Shown here piece after piece: positions 8,568 through 17,231 of a stretch of DNA of 28,217 bases; positions within the stretch are counted from its first letter, which is position 1; every line of letters begins with the position of its first letter. Origin of the DNA: a virus. Lineage: Duplodnaviria > Caudoviricetes. Both the position numbers and the translations under genes were made by a program. The DNA is taken from IMG/VR virus record IMGVR_UViG_3300037962_000411, positions 1 to 28,217 of that record. One strand, 5' to 3'. Under the pieces are notes generated by a model. It saw nothing but the letters and a program-made list of their open reading frames with translations, had not been told where the DNA came from and searched no databases.

Positions 8568-9308
8568 ATGGCTTTTGGTACATATGACCAAGGCAGTAGC
8601 GACAGGGGTCTCTCGACCAAACTCTGGCTCGGGTGTAACCCTGACGTTATTCGCAACGATCCCCGACATGGGATGTTCGTTTTGGATGATTTCACGAACG
8701 TAACCGCCCTCACTGCCGATGCAACCGAGAACGGTTGGAAGTTCATCGAGACGACCGCTGGTCGTGTTGTAGAAGTTGACGACGAAGATTATGGTGTCAT
8801 CGCTATCGGCGGCGGCGACGAAACTGATAACAACGGGCAAGCCATGTATAAGTCAGGGGCGACCATCACTCCTGCCGCTGGTACTACCATTGTTGTCGAA
8901 GCCCGTGTTAAGGCTAATACCATAACGGCTGGACTCCAGGCGTTTATCGGTTTAGTTGACGCCACTGATGATGCAGCCATCATGGCTAGTGGAGCTACCA
9001 CTCCGACTGACCTAGTTGGGTTTTACACACCTGACAACACCGTGCTTACTTTTGTAGGCGAACAAGGTGGGGCAGCGGGTACGATCACTGCCGCCCACAC
9101 TCTGGCTGAAGATACCTATGTGAAAGTAGGTTTCCGTATCAACGGGACTGATGACGCTGACGTGTATGTTAACGGTTCAAAAATCGATAACAACCTTGTC
9201 GCTGCGGACATCCCAGACTCTACCCTTCGATTGGCGATAGCCAACTACTCAGAAAACACAGACGCTTCATTGCTAAGTGTTGACTGGGTAGCCTTAGGTG
9301 TATTCTAA
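8568..9308 (+). CDS. Probable capsid decoration / minor virion protein, beta-sandwich (ConA/LamG-like)
   Basis: Follows capsid gene, strong AAGGAG RBS, precedes the terminator; beta-rich A/G/T/D composition (VEARVK, YVKVGFRING, VYVNG, SVDWV). Confidence 0.6.
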   Translation: MAFGTYDQGSSDRGLSTKLWLGCNPDVIRNDPRHGMFVLDDFTNVTALTADATENGWKFIETTAGRVVEVDDEDYGVIAIGGGDETDNNGQAMYKSGATITPAAGTTIVVEARVKANTITAGLQAFIGLVDATDDAAIMASGATTPTDLVGFYTPDNTVLTFVGEQGGAAGTITAAHTLAEDTYVKVGFRINGTDDADVYVNGSKIDNNLVAADIPDSTLRLAIANYSENTDASLLSVDWVALGVF

Positions 9309-9315
9309 ACCCCCT

Positions 9316-9374
9316 CCGTGCGGCCAGTGGGTATCCGATTCAGGGTGCCCGCTGGCTTAGCGCGGTTTTGTTTT
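9316..9374 (+). terminator. Intrinsic terminator-like long hairpin after the capsid genes
   Basis: ggccagtgggtatcc (9322-9336) pairs with gggtgcccgctggct (9343-9357) using G-U pairs valid only on the + strand; extended by ccgtgc/gcgcgg; followed by ttttgtttt. Confidence 0.72.
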
Positions 9375-9388
9375 AACGGAGGAGTAAG

Positions 9389-9670
9389 ATGGAACTAGAG
9401 CTACAACGAAGAGACGGAGTTATCCTCCGTAGTTTCGGTGCTGACACTAGAGACGAAGATTTGATCAAGGAGTGCAACGAACTCCAAAAGATTTGGAAGG
9501 GGGCGAACAACGTAGGACCGCTGCCCGACGCAGTGCTACTGATGATCGCCTCTAGATACCAAGCGGACCGACCAAAGGTCAAGAAGGCGGTTGTCGAGCA
9601 GGCCGAGGGAACCCCTACGCCTGTGAAGAAAAAGACCCCTAAGAAGGCCACAAACAAGACAGGAACCTAA
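9389..9670 (+). CDS. Hypothetical protein with Lys-rich tail
   Basis: GGAGGAG RBS; TAATG coupling to the next gene. Confidence 0.7.
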   Translation: MELELQRRDGVILRSFGADTRDEDLIKECNELQKIWKGANNVGPLPDAVLLMIASRYQADRPKVKKAVVEQAEGTPTPVKKKTPKKATNKTGT

Positions 9671-10674
9671 TGGCTCTCGAAGTAACGTATGATGCGTTGA
9701 AAGACGAGGTCGCTCGCGAACTTGGGTGGAACCGAAACTGGCGCGAGACCGATGTTTGGTCGGCGGCTCAAAACTCAGACTACGCTCTGATTCTCGACTC
9801 AGGTCTCCGCAAGTTTTACAGTGGTGAGATCCCAGGCGAGAACACCGCCCACCAATGGTCCTTCCTGTATCCCTTAGCTGAGATAGAGCTATCCGCAGCT
9901 TACTCTACAGGCACCATACAGGCTACAGCCTCTACAACCGTTACCCTATCCGGTGGAACTTGGCCTGCATGGGCTGACGAAGGTGAGTTGTGGTACACGT
10001 CGGATGCCGGTGGCGAACAAATAAAAGCTACAATAGCCACTCGATCAAGCGATACGGAGATTCTTTTGGACACAGCCACTGCTGCTGCCGATGTCGCCGC
10101 CGCTGGCACTTCTTATAAGTTACGAAGAGTCCATTACAATCTACCTGATGACTTCGCAGGGATGGAATCTGACGGTTTCACTTTCCGAAGAGATCAACAG
10201 TGGCATCTCCCCAGCATCAAACTCGTAGGCGAAGCAGACCTGCGGAGGTTGGATCGTGAGAATAGTGGGGACATCTACCCCCGGTATGCGTCGATCACAC
10301 CCATCGCTGTAACAAGTTCATCCACCACACGCTGGCAGGTGAGGTTCTTCCCCCTGGCTGATACAGCCTACACCGTAGAGTACCGATACAAGAGTGTTCC
10401 TGTAACAACAGGGACACACCCAGCAGGCGGAGCGTTCTACGGAGAAGCGATCACTGCGGCGGTTCTCGATGCGGCTCAACAAAGAATCCATTCATCTAAC
10501 GAACGGCACGCAGATTTCTTGTCGGCGATGCGGCAAGCAGTTTTTCACGACAGACGAGCCTTCGCCAAACACACCCTTGGCAAAGGAGCCACAGATAAAT
10601 CGAGACGTGGGAACACCCTATCGGAGTTTCGGCGAAACACACCCCTAACAAACATAAACTTAAACTGGAGTTAA
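9670..10674 (+). CDS. Head-tail adaptor protein with an inserted beta domain
   Basis: Helical N-terminus (TYDALKDEVARELG), WSFL, YNLPDDF, FFP...YTVEYRY, helical C-terminus; position as podovirus adaptor. Confidence 0.68.
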   Translation: MALEVTYDALKDEVARELGWNRNWRETDVWSAAQNSDYALILDSGLRKFYSGEIPGENTAHQWSFLYPLAEIELSAAYSTGTIQATASTTVTLSGGTWPAWADEGELWYTSDAGGEQIKATIATRSSDTEILLDTATAAADVAAAGTSYKLRRVHYNLPDDFAGMESDGFTFRRDQQWHLPSIKLVGEADLRRLDRENSGDIYPRYASITPIAVTSSSTTRWQVRFFPLADTAYTVEYRYKSVPVTTGTHPAGGAFYGEAITAAVLDAAQQRIHSSNERHADFLSAMRQAVFHDRRAFAKHTLGKGATDKSRRGNTLSEFRRNTPLTNINLNWS

Positions 10675-10677
10675 ACA

Positions 10678-11004
10678 ATGAGTGGTCTTAGTAACTTAAC
10701 TAACAGCTTTAATCTGAAAGCGAGCGGTCGGGGTTTAACCCAACCCGCATCCGCTGGCACGTTGGATCTTCAAGGTCGCGACGGTGGTGTGGTTATCATC
10801 ACAGCCGCCACTAACTTCGTTCTACCGAAGGCACCAGAAGGAACTATCGTGTACGCAGTAGGCCAAGCCGCCGCCACAATCACAGACACCGCTGGCAGTT
10901 CGTTAAGCGTAGCCGTAGCTGACAACGAGATTGGTCTCTTTATCAGCCAGAACAGTGATGGGGCTTGGAGTGGTGTGTTGTTGAAAAGTACCTCGCAGTC
11001 TTAA
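10678..11004 (+). CDS. Small beta-rich virion protein
   Basis: 108 aa, A/G/S/T-rich, LP.A..G motif, within the tail gene cluster. Confidence 0.55.
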   Translation: MSGLSNLTNSFNLKASGRGLTQPASAGTLDLQGRDGGVVIITAATNFVLPKAPEGTIVYAVGQAAATITDTAGSSLSVAVADNEIGLFISQNSDGAWSGVLLKSTSQS

Positions 11005-11013
11005 CGGATATCC

Positions 11014-12528
11014 ATGGCAAAACAACGTGAGCTTTCTATCGCTTTCCCAAGCGGTGGGGTGAGCGAGCGTCATGGGTTCAACAAACAAGCTCCGTTCACC
11101 ACACCCGACTCCGATAACATCTGGCCTTTCCAATGGGAGACTGGACGTGAAAGGGGAGGGGTACGCCCCGGTATTGTCAGTTCGGGGGGCTCTGTATCAG
11201 GCGCTAAGAATTGGTGTGAAGCTAACTGGGTCGGCAACAACTCCGTAGCGGTGGTAGGCTCTAGCGGCACGTCTGTTTATACAGGCAGTGGTTGGTCCCT
11301 CAAGATAAGTGAATCCCCCGGTACTGACTTTACTTCGTGTGCTACGCATCTTATGTCGTTGTACCAAGCGGCAGGAGCTACAGATCAAGCGTGTGTCTAC
11401 CGACCGTTAGATGAAAGCACAGGCAAAGCAGATCTTGTAGCCGCTGCGGAAAAGGGTACGGCACCAAAAGGCTGTGGGCTGGTGTCCTCGTGGAACGATA
11501 GGCTCGTCCTGGCTGGGGACATAGAAAACCCACAGATCCTCTACATGAGTGCGGTCGGCGACCCCACCGATTGGGACTACTCATCTCCTACGGGGTCTGC
11601 TGCCTGGGCAAATAGCTCCTCTGGCACCTCCGGTGCGATCAGTGAGAACATCACGTCACTGATCCACCACAATAGCGACTGTCTCATCGTAGGATGCACA
11701 GACAGCATGTACGCCGTAAGGGGCAATCCTGCGGCTGGTGGCTACGTCTACTCTTTGTCTAACGCAATTGGTCCACTACAACACTCCGCTTGGTGTAAAA
11801 CGGGTAACGACCACACGGTCATGATGACTCGTGATGGCCTGTACTCAGTGAGACCCGGGTGTGGTGAGCCTCCGGTCAGCATGTCTCGCGAAAACCTTCC
11901 GTCATCTCTGGTTGGGATCGATCCTGGTAACGGGGATTCGGTTTCGATTGGCTACGATTCCAGGTGGAGGGGAGTTCACATATATGCGAACTACGATGAT
12001 GGGTCTAAAGAGTATTGGTTTTATGACTTACAGTCGAAGGGTTTCTGGCCAATGAGTTTTGGTAAGACCGTGGACCTAGCGGTGAATTTCAAGAATTCAG
12101 CCTCGCCTACTAAGAGCGGTCTTCACATCATAAGCTCGGGGACATCTTATCAGTTCGACAGCGATGATACGTCAGAGTCCATCGACAGCCACATAGTATA
12201 CGGCCCCATCCCATTAGGTTCGACACACACCGAAGGTGTTCTCACGGAACTCAATGCTGTGTTATCCGAGGATTCGGGAGACGTGGCATGGTCTGTGTTC
12301 GCAGATAAATCTCCCCAAGAAGCGTATGCCCTTGTGAAAGCGGGCACCCCCTCGTTCACTGGGACGAAGTGGGACGTTCAAGGGTTCAACTACCTTCAGA
12401 ACCCGTTGGTTCGTGGTGCGGCTTTCTATCTGAAACTGGAGGACGACGGCGGGTCAGCGTCCGCAAGACGGTGGTGTGTTGAGGAGATATTGGCTAAGTT
12501 TCGTCCAGCAGGCAAACGGAGGAAATAA
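11014..12528 (+). CDS. Tail nozzle / hub protein (P22 gp10 or T7 gp12-like position, beta-propeller)
   Basis: 504 aa, N-terminal FPSGG, propeller-type motifs (WNDRLVLAG, LYMSAVGDPTDW, WFYDLQSKGFW). Confidence 0.7.
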   Translation: MAKQRELSIAFPSGGVSERHGFNKQAPFTTPDSDNIWPFQWETGRERGGVRPGIVSSGGSVSGAKNWCEANWVGNNSVAVVGSSGTSVYTGSGWSLKISESPGTDFTSCATHLMSLYQAAGATDQACVYRPLDESTGKADLVAAAEKGTAPKGCGLVSSWNDRLVLAGDIENPQILYMSAVGDPTDWDYSSPTGSAAWANSSSGTSGAISENITSLIHHNSDCLIVGCTDSMYAVRGNPAAGGYVYSLSNAIGPLQHSAWCKTGNDHTVMMTRDGLYSVRPGCGEPPVSMSRENLPSSLVGIDPGNGDSVSIGYDSRWRGVHIYANYDDGSKEYWFYDLQSKGFWPMSFGKTVDLAVNFKNSASPTKSGLHIISSGTSYQFDSDDTSESIDSHIVYGPIPLGSTHTEGVLTELNAVLSEDSGDVAWSVFADKSPQEAYALVKAGTPSFTGTKWDVQGFNYLQNPLVRGAAFYLKLEDDGGSASARRWCVEEILAKFRPAGKRRK

Positions 12529-13775
12529 TGGCCTTCAAAGCTAGCAGTTGTACGAATCTTCGAGACGTAGCGGCCCACCTGCAAACGGTAGACAGTTCGT
12601 GTATCGTCGGGACTGTTGCTGCTAACGTGGCCAAGTCGGACAGTACGTTTTCGGTAAGCGTTTCGACATTGGTCTTTGGGGAGGAGGAATCTGGTAGCGT
12701 CACGTTTAACAACACGCTTGGGAGGGTGTACCAAAGTGGCGAGAAGATAACAGGTTTCAAGAACTCCGACACGGGCTTCTATGAGCCAGACTCCAACTAC
12801 TCGATATCGGTAGGCACAGCCAACGGGATGGCAGCAGGGGGTTCGGTTGCGTCCGTAGATGTGAATGGCAACACCATCGCAGCAACGAACTACACCGGTC
12901 GTACAATACTGACGGGTTCCACAGTGATGGTGTTGGAGACCCCAACCGGTCTTTTCGAGGTAGCATTAACGACAGATTCGGCTCTACTATGGAAAGCTTT
13001 TGCTTCTCAAGACGCACCGGCGGCTTACAACCATTTCCACACTTGGCAACCCATAAGCGACTTGGGAGGGACAACATCCTCCGGCACTGTGTACGACCCA
13101 CTAAGTCTGCTATCTGACGTTCTCACTGGTGACACTGTGCTGTTTGTGGTTGATGGTGGAGATTACCAAGTGGTATCCACCAAGCAAGGCAGCGGTGCTT
13201 CGGTTACGTGTGAGAACGTGAAGGATGTTTGGGAGGACGTGTTTTCGGTTGTTACCACCGGCACCTCAGATGCAGATGCGTGCATTAACACGTTGGCAAC
13301 TTTGTTTGAAGGGGCCGTACTAGATACCGCCACTAATCAGACACCCTCCTTCCAGGTAAGTGGGGATTGTGGTATCGACGTGTCCTCCACAGGGTCGGGA
13401 CAGTTTGATGTAAGCGTGGTCGCTGGTGATCTGGCGGGGAATGGGTTGATAGCCTCTGAAAACCCCGCTTCTTGTCAACTGGCTGTTAAGTACGACGACG
13501 AATGTTTGAAGTTGAACGGTGACGGTGAGTTATCCTTAAATGTTAGAAAGTTAGTAGAGGATGAAACGTATCTAACCGCTACAAACGATTGCCGGATAGG
13601 ATTAGCCACTGAAACACAGGAATACGTGAGGGGTATAGAGGGCATTAGCTTAGAGGTGGTTGGGACAGAACTAAAGGTGTCTTTAGATGTAGAGTATGGT
13701 TCTTTTCAAGCGTTTGGAACCCAATCGACTCGGCAGGAGACCTTCACTGGCACAGTAACCGGTGAGACCTGCTGA
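12528..13775 (+). CDS. Probable tail fibre / spike protein
   Basis: 415 aa, G/S/T/V-rich, follows nozzle, LAGNGL and LKLNGDGELS fibre-like segments, 9 Cys. Confidence 0.55.
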   Translation: MAFKASSCTNLRDVAAHLQTVDSSCIVGTVAANVAKSDSTFSVSVSTLVFGEEESGSVTFNNTLGRVYQSGEKITGFKNSDTGFYEPDSNYSISVGTANGMAAGGSVASVDVNGNTIAATNYTGRTILTGSTVMVLETPTGLFEVALTTDSALLWKAFASQDAPAAYNHFHTWQPISDLGGTTSSGTVYDPLSLLSDVLTGDTVLFVVDGGDYQVVSTKQGSGASVTCENVKDVWEDVFSVVTTGTSDADACINTLATLFEGAVLDTATNQTPSFQVSGDCGIDVSSTGSGQFDVSVVAGDLAGNGLIASENPASCQLAVKYDDECLKLNGDGELSLNVRKLVEDETYLTATNDCRIGLATETQEYVRGIEGISLEVVGTELKVSLDVEYGSFQAFGTQSTRQETFTGTVTGETC

Positions 13776-14317
13776 TGTCCTTTCCATACTTCAAACCAAA
13801 CGGGAAGTTGCTGTTCAACACAGACGGCACCCTACCGACTAACGAAAACTGCTGCTGTACGTTGTACTGCGATGATTGCTGCACCGGCGACTTAACCGGA
13901 TATGAAATCACTATCTCTGGTGTAGCAGATGAAGACGGTAGTACCTGCGATTGCGGAGACATTAACGGTACGTGGTGTATACCATCAGGCACACATTCCG
14001 TGGATACTTGCGGTGGCAGTGTCTGGGTTGGCGACTGCATTGCAGGAGCGCGATTGGCTTATGAGTTTATTTCTGGCCCAGACACCAAATGTACGCTTCG
14101 CGTCTCGGTACACGACCCCTGTATAAGTGACGCCGTGCCCTGCGGCCACGCCGCCACAGGTGAGTTGGAGTTCGATGCCGGGGATCCTTGCAGAGATGTA
14201 TCTGGTGCGATGACCATGACGATCACCCCACCTACGACTCTTTTTGGCGAGCCCATACCGACACAATGCGATTTGGATGGTACACAGATAACAGTAAACG
14301 GAGTTTGTTCTGAGTAA
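13775..14317 (+). CDS. Cysteine-rich protein (17 Cys in 180 aa), possible fibre tip
   Basis: CCCTLYCDDCC cluster; TGATG coupling to the upstream fibre gene. Confidence 0.65.
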   Translation: MSFPYFKPNGKLLFNTDGTLPTNENCCCTLYCDDCCTGDLTGYEITISGVADEDGSTCDCGDINGTWCIPSGTHSVDTCGGSVWVGDCIAGARLAYEFISGPDTKCTLRVSVHDPCISDAVPCGHAATGELEFDAGDPCRDVSGAMTMTITPPTTLFGEPIPTQCDLDGTQITVNGVCSE

Positions 14318-14370
14318 TATTTTGGGTGGTTACCCGACTGTTACGGTTCTGTTTATACGGAGGCGACATC

Positions 14371-14796
14371 ATGAACATTAAATACAACCACTGTAAACAT
14401 TTTAGGAAAGCTACGAAGGAATGGTTTCCAGACAACCTTGAGTTGGGGTTGGGGGACTATTTCGAGAGAAGCTTAGAGAAGATAGGTGTGACCAAGAACC
14501 GGTGGAACAAACTACTAAAAGAGTTCAACTCAGAGTACGAAGGATGCGGGTGCAACAAGAGACATAAGATGGTTAACTGGCTAGGAGAAAAGCTTGGTAT
14601 GCCAAAAGGTGTCGGCCCAGAGATGACGGAGGCACTACGGTCCACGGCGATACCAAGAGTGCCCATACACAACTGTGCCTCGAAAGGTCGGTGTGTCGGA
14701 AACGGAAAATACCCTGAATCGGTTGTCACGGCGATTCGCGATACGGGCATAGAGCCTTGTCAACATTGTGACAGTTTTGAACCAAAGGAGATGTAA
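14371..14796 (+). CDS. LGD...CGC..R motif protein with C-terminal CX5C...CXXC
   Basis: ATG at 14371 follows GGAGG; GLGDYF...GCGCNKRHKMVN; CASKGRC...CQHC. Confidence 0.72.
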   Translation: MNIKYNHCKHFRKATKEWFPDNLELGLGDYFERSLEKIGVTKNRWNKLLKEFNSEYEGCGCNKRHKMVNWLGEKLGMPKGVGPEMTEALRSTAIPRVPIHNCASKGRCVGNGKYPESVVTAIRDTGIEPCQHCDSFEPKEM

Positions 14797-15224
14797 TGGG
14801 TGTTGTAAACCTATCAATAACACCAGGCGACGTAGCTGTGGAAGACGGTGGCACGATAGTCAAGAGTGTGCAGTTCGGGTCGGCAGTTACCGCTGGCGAG
14901 CCGGTGTACCGCTCGTCGTCAGACGGGAAGTACCGCCCAGGCGATGCCAGTGCTGCGGCGACTGCTCGCGCTATCGGGATTGTATACGAAGCAGCCGACG
15001 CTGATGCATACGGGTTCATCGTCACGAATGGCTCGATGGATGTGGGGGCCACGTTGGTCCCTGGACGGGCATACGCCGTATCGGATACCGCCGGAAAGAT
15101 TTGTGCGATGGACTCTAACTACGAAGCGGAGTCTGGGATATTCATAACTACGCTGGGTGTTGCCGTGGCGACTGACCAACTTGACGTTCGGATACAAGCC
15201 TACGGATCGGCCATACCAGAATAA
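14796..15224 (+). CDS. Capsid cement / fibre-like protein (DUF2190-like)
   Basis: AVTAGEPVY, AIGI, G..YAVSDTAGKI, LGVA pattern; AAGGAG RBS. Confidence 0.6.
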   Translation: MGVVNLSITPGDVAVEDGGTIVKSVQFGSAVTAGEPVYRSSSDGKYRPGDASAAATARAIGIVYEAADADAYGFIVTNGSMDVGATLVPGRAYAVSDTAGKICAMDSNYEAESGIFITTLGVAVATDQLDVRIQAYGSAIPE

Positions 15225-15406
15225 TGCTACTCGGAGATTGGTTGGAATTGTGTTTTAAGGGGTGGGGGTTCACACCTCAGAACTGTGGCTGTGACTACAG
15301 GAAACGGACAATAAACCATCTCCACGAATCAGTAATAAAGCACGGGTGGGTCAAAACAATCAAGAACATTAAATACACGCTTAACTACATGAACGAACCG
15401 AGGTAG
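15224..15406 (+). CDS. Small LGD...CGC..R motif protein
   Basis: LLGDWL...NCGCDYRKRTIN; TAATG coupling; fills the gap exactly. Confidence 0.68.
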   Translation: MLLGDWLELCFKGWGFTPQNCGCDYRKRTINHLHESVIKHGWVKTIKNIKYTLNYMNEPR

Positions 15407-15408
15407 AT

Positions 15409-16557
15409 ATGAACGCCCAACAACGACGCCACTATAACCGACTAGCCAAGCGGGCACAACAGTGGCAAGACCAAATGGTCAACAACCTCCGAGGTAACCT
15501 TGGGTTGCCCCCTCTCGGCGTTTTGGGTGGGTCTATGCCCAAAGGTGGGGGTGGTGCCTCACGAACGCACACCCCTGGCTACCAGAGATTTTTGAACAGA
15601 CAGGGTCCGATGGCGTCGATGACATACGGTCAAACACCTAACGACGTGCAGATCGCTGAGTACATCAAAAGTATCGGCGGGAACCCATTTAAGAGACAAA
15701 TGAGAGAACTGCGAGCTGGGAAAAAACTCCCCCCGACAAACCCAGCAATGGCTCGCATGATCGAACAGACCGAGCGGGATCAACGATTACAGGAGTTCCT
15801 AGATTCCGCCAAAGCCCAAGAGGAGGCTGCTAACGCTGCCAACGAAGAGCGTTACCAAGACATCCTTGGTCGACTGGAAGACAGATACGACCGTAATATG
15901 GATCGTGTGTCTAACTACGGTGAGGCTGCTCTCCAAGACCTAATCGAAAGCTCTGACGAAGCGCTAGGGGGTGTACGGGCAAATCTGGCGAACAGAGGAC
16001 TGGGTAGTTCGACAATTTTCGACGCTTTCCGACAACGATCTGCGAGAGATCTAGCACGGGAGAAACAGAGACTCAGCGAACAAGTAGACAGGCGAGCCGC
16101 TGAATACGATCAAGCTCTGTCCAAAGACATTGCTGCGTTTATGGAGCGTCGTACTGACGAAGGACCGAACCAAAACATGATAGCCGAGCTGGCGAGACAG
16201 TTCGGCTCAGCGAACGACGGTCGAGGGTACAACGCCGGTCGCGGACAACGACGGCCTATGGGACTAGCGGCACCGTCGATTGGGGTTACCCAATCGAACA
16301 TGATCGCCCCATGGATGGGACGGGGAGGGCAAGAGTGGGTAGCGAACCAGCGACAACCACAACGACAAAGACAGCAGGCACAGTGGATACCTGGGAGGTC
16401 AGCAAACTGGAACGCCGCTCATAAGGCCAGTTGGGACCGGAAACAGCAACGCCTGATGGAACGGTACAAACAGAGATTACAAGGGGCTATGCAAGACCCC
16501 GCACTTCAGCTTCCACCCACCACAAGACCGGTCCCGCTTTGGCCCAGCATGTTTTAA
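15409..16557 (+). CDS. Probable internal virion / ejection protein
   Basis: Q/R/A-rich helical protein, no Cys, LANRGLGSS motif; lies between tail genes and the giant protein. Confidence 0.6.
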   Translation: MNAQQRRHYNRLAKRAQQWQDQMVNNLRGNLGLPPLGVLGGSMPKGGGGASRTHTPGYQRFLNRQGPMASMTYGQTPNDVQIAEYIKSIGGNPFKRQMRELRAGKKLPPTNPAMARMIEQTERDQRLQEFLDSAKAQEEAANAANEERYQDILGRLEDRYDRNMDRVSNYGEAALQDLIESSDEALGGVRANLANRGLGSSTIFDAFRQRSARDLAREKQRLSEQVDRRAAEYDQALSKDIAAFMERRTDEGPNQNMIAELARQFGSANDGRGYNAGRGQRRPMGLAAPSIGVTQSNMIAPWMGRGGQEWVANQRQPQRQRQQAQWIPGRSANWNAAHKASWDRKQQRLMERYKQRLQGAMQDPALQLPPTTRPVPLWPSMF

Positions 16558-16653
16558 CAAGACGACATGAAAGACATCGACTGGACTCAGTTATAGCGGT
16601 CGGTTTTCTGGTTGACGTACAACACTTAATAAAAACAAAACGAGGAACAAAAT

Positions 16654-17220
16654 ATGAACTACCAAGACTACTACGGCGGCAGCGGCGGCCACCAGAAAAA
16701 AAAGCCTAACTACCCAACTCATTGGGGCTCCCCACCCAAATACACAACTGGGGGTGGGCTGCAAACTTGGGTAGCCGAACAGGAAGCCGAGGACAGAGCA
16801 GCAGGTATCGGGGTTACGCACAAAGACCCCCGCTGGCTATATGGGTGGGAACCTCCAGCCTTTACTGGGGACATCAACGCAGACTACGCTAGCCTCACCG
16901 ACGATCAACGAGACGAATATGGTAGATGGCGGGGGTCGGATGCCTACAAGCCGGGGTGGGGCCATTTCATAGGCCACCTTCGTAAACAGCATATGAGAGG
17001 GCAAGGGTGGAAAGACCCCAATTACGTCCCTCAAATTCGGGCTATGGGGGTGCCGAGTAACCGAACACCAGGTACGCCCTACAACCCCGGCCAGGTTTCT
17101 CGGGTTGCTCGGGTGCATGCGAACCGACCTTCTCGGATGCATCAATACCGACAACAGTGGAAGTCACCTGCGCCTTACAACCCAACCCAGGCGAAGCGTC
17201 CATCATCTAACTGGTACTAA
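16654..17220 (+). CDS. Hypothetical G/P/Y/W-rich protein
   Basis: GAGG RBS, 188-aa ORF in operon orientation filling the gap. Confidence 0.6.
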   Translation: MNYQDYYGGSGGHQKKKPNYPTHWGSPPKYTTGGGLQTWVAEQEAEDRAAGIGVTHKDPRWLYGWEPPAFTGDINADYASLTDDQRDEYGRWRGSDAYKPGWGHFIGHLRKQHMRGQGWKDPNYVPQIRAMGVPSNRTPGTPYNPGQVSRVARVHANRPSRMHQYRQQWKSPAPYNPTQAKRPSSNWY

Positions 17221-17231
17221 GAGACCCCCCC

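Noticed and set aside
16569-16598. Mini-ORF MKDIDWTQL
   Set aside because: Nine codons, no convincing RBS and no attenuator structure.
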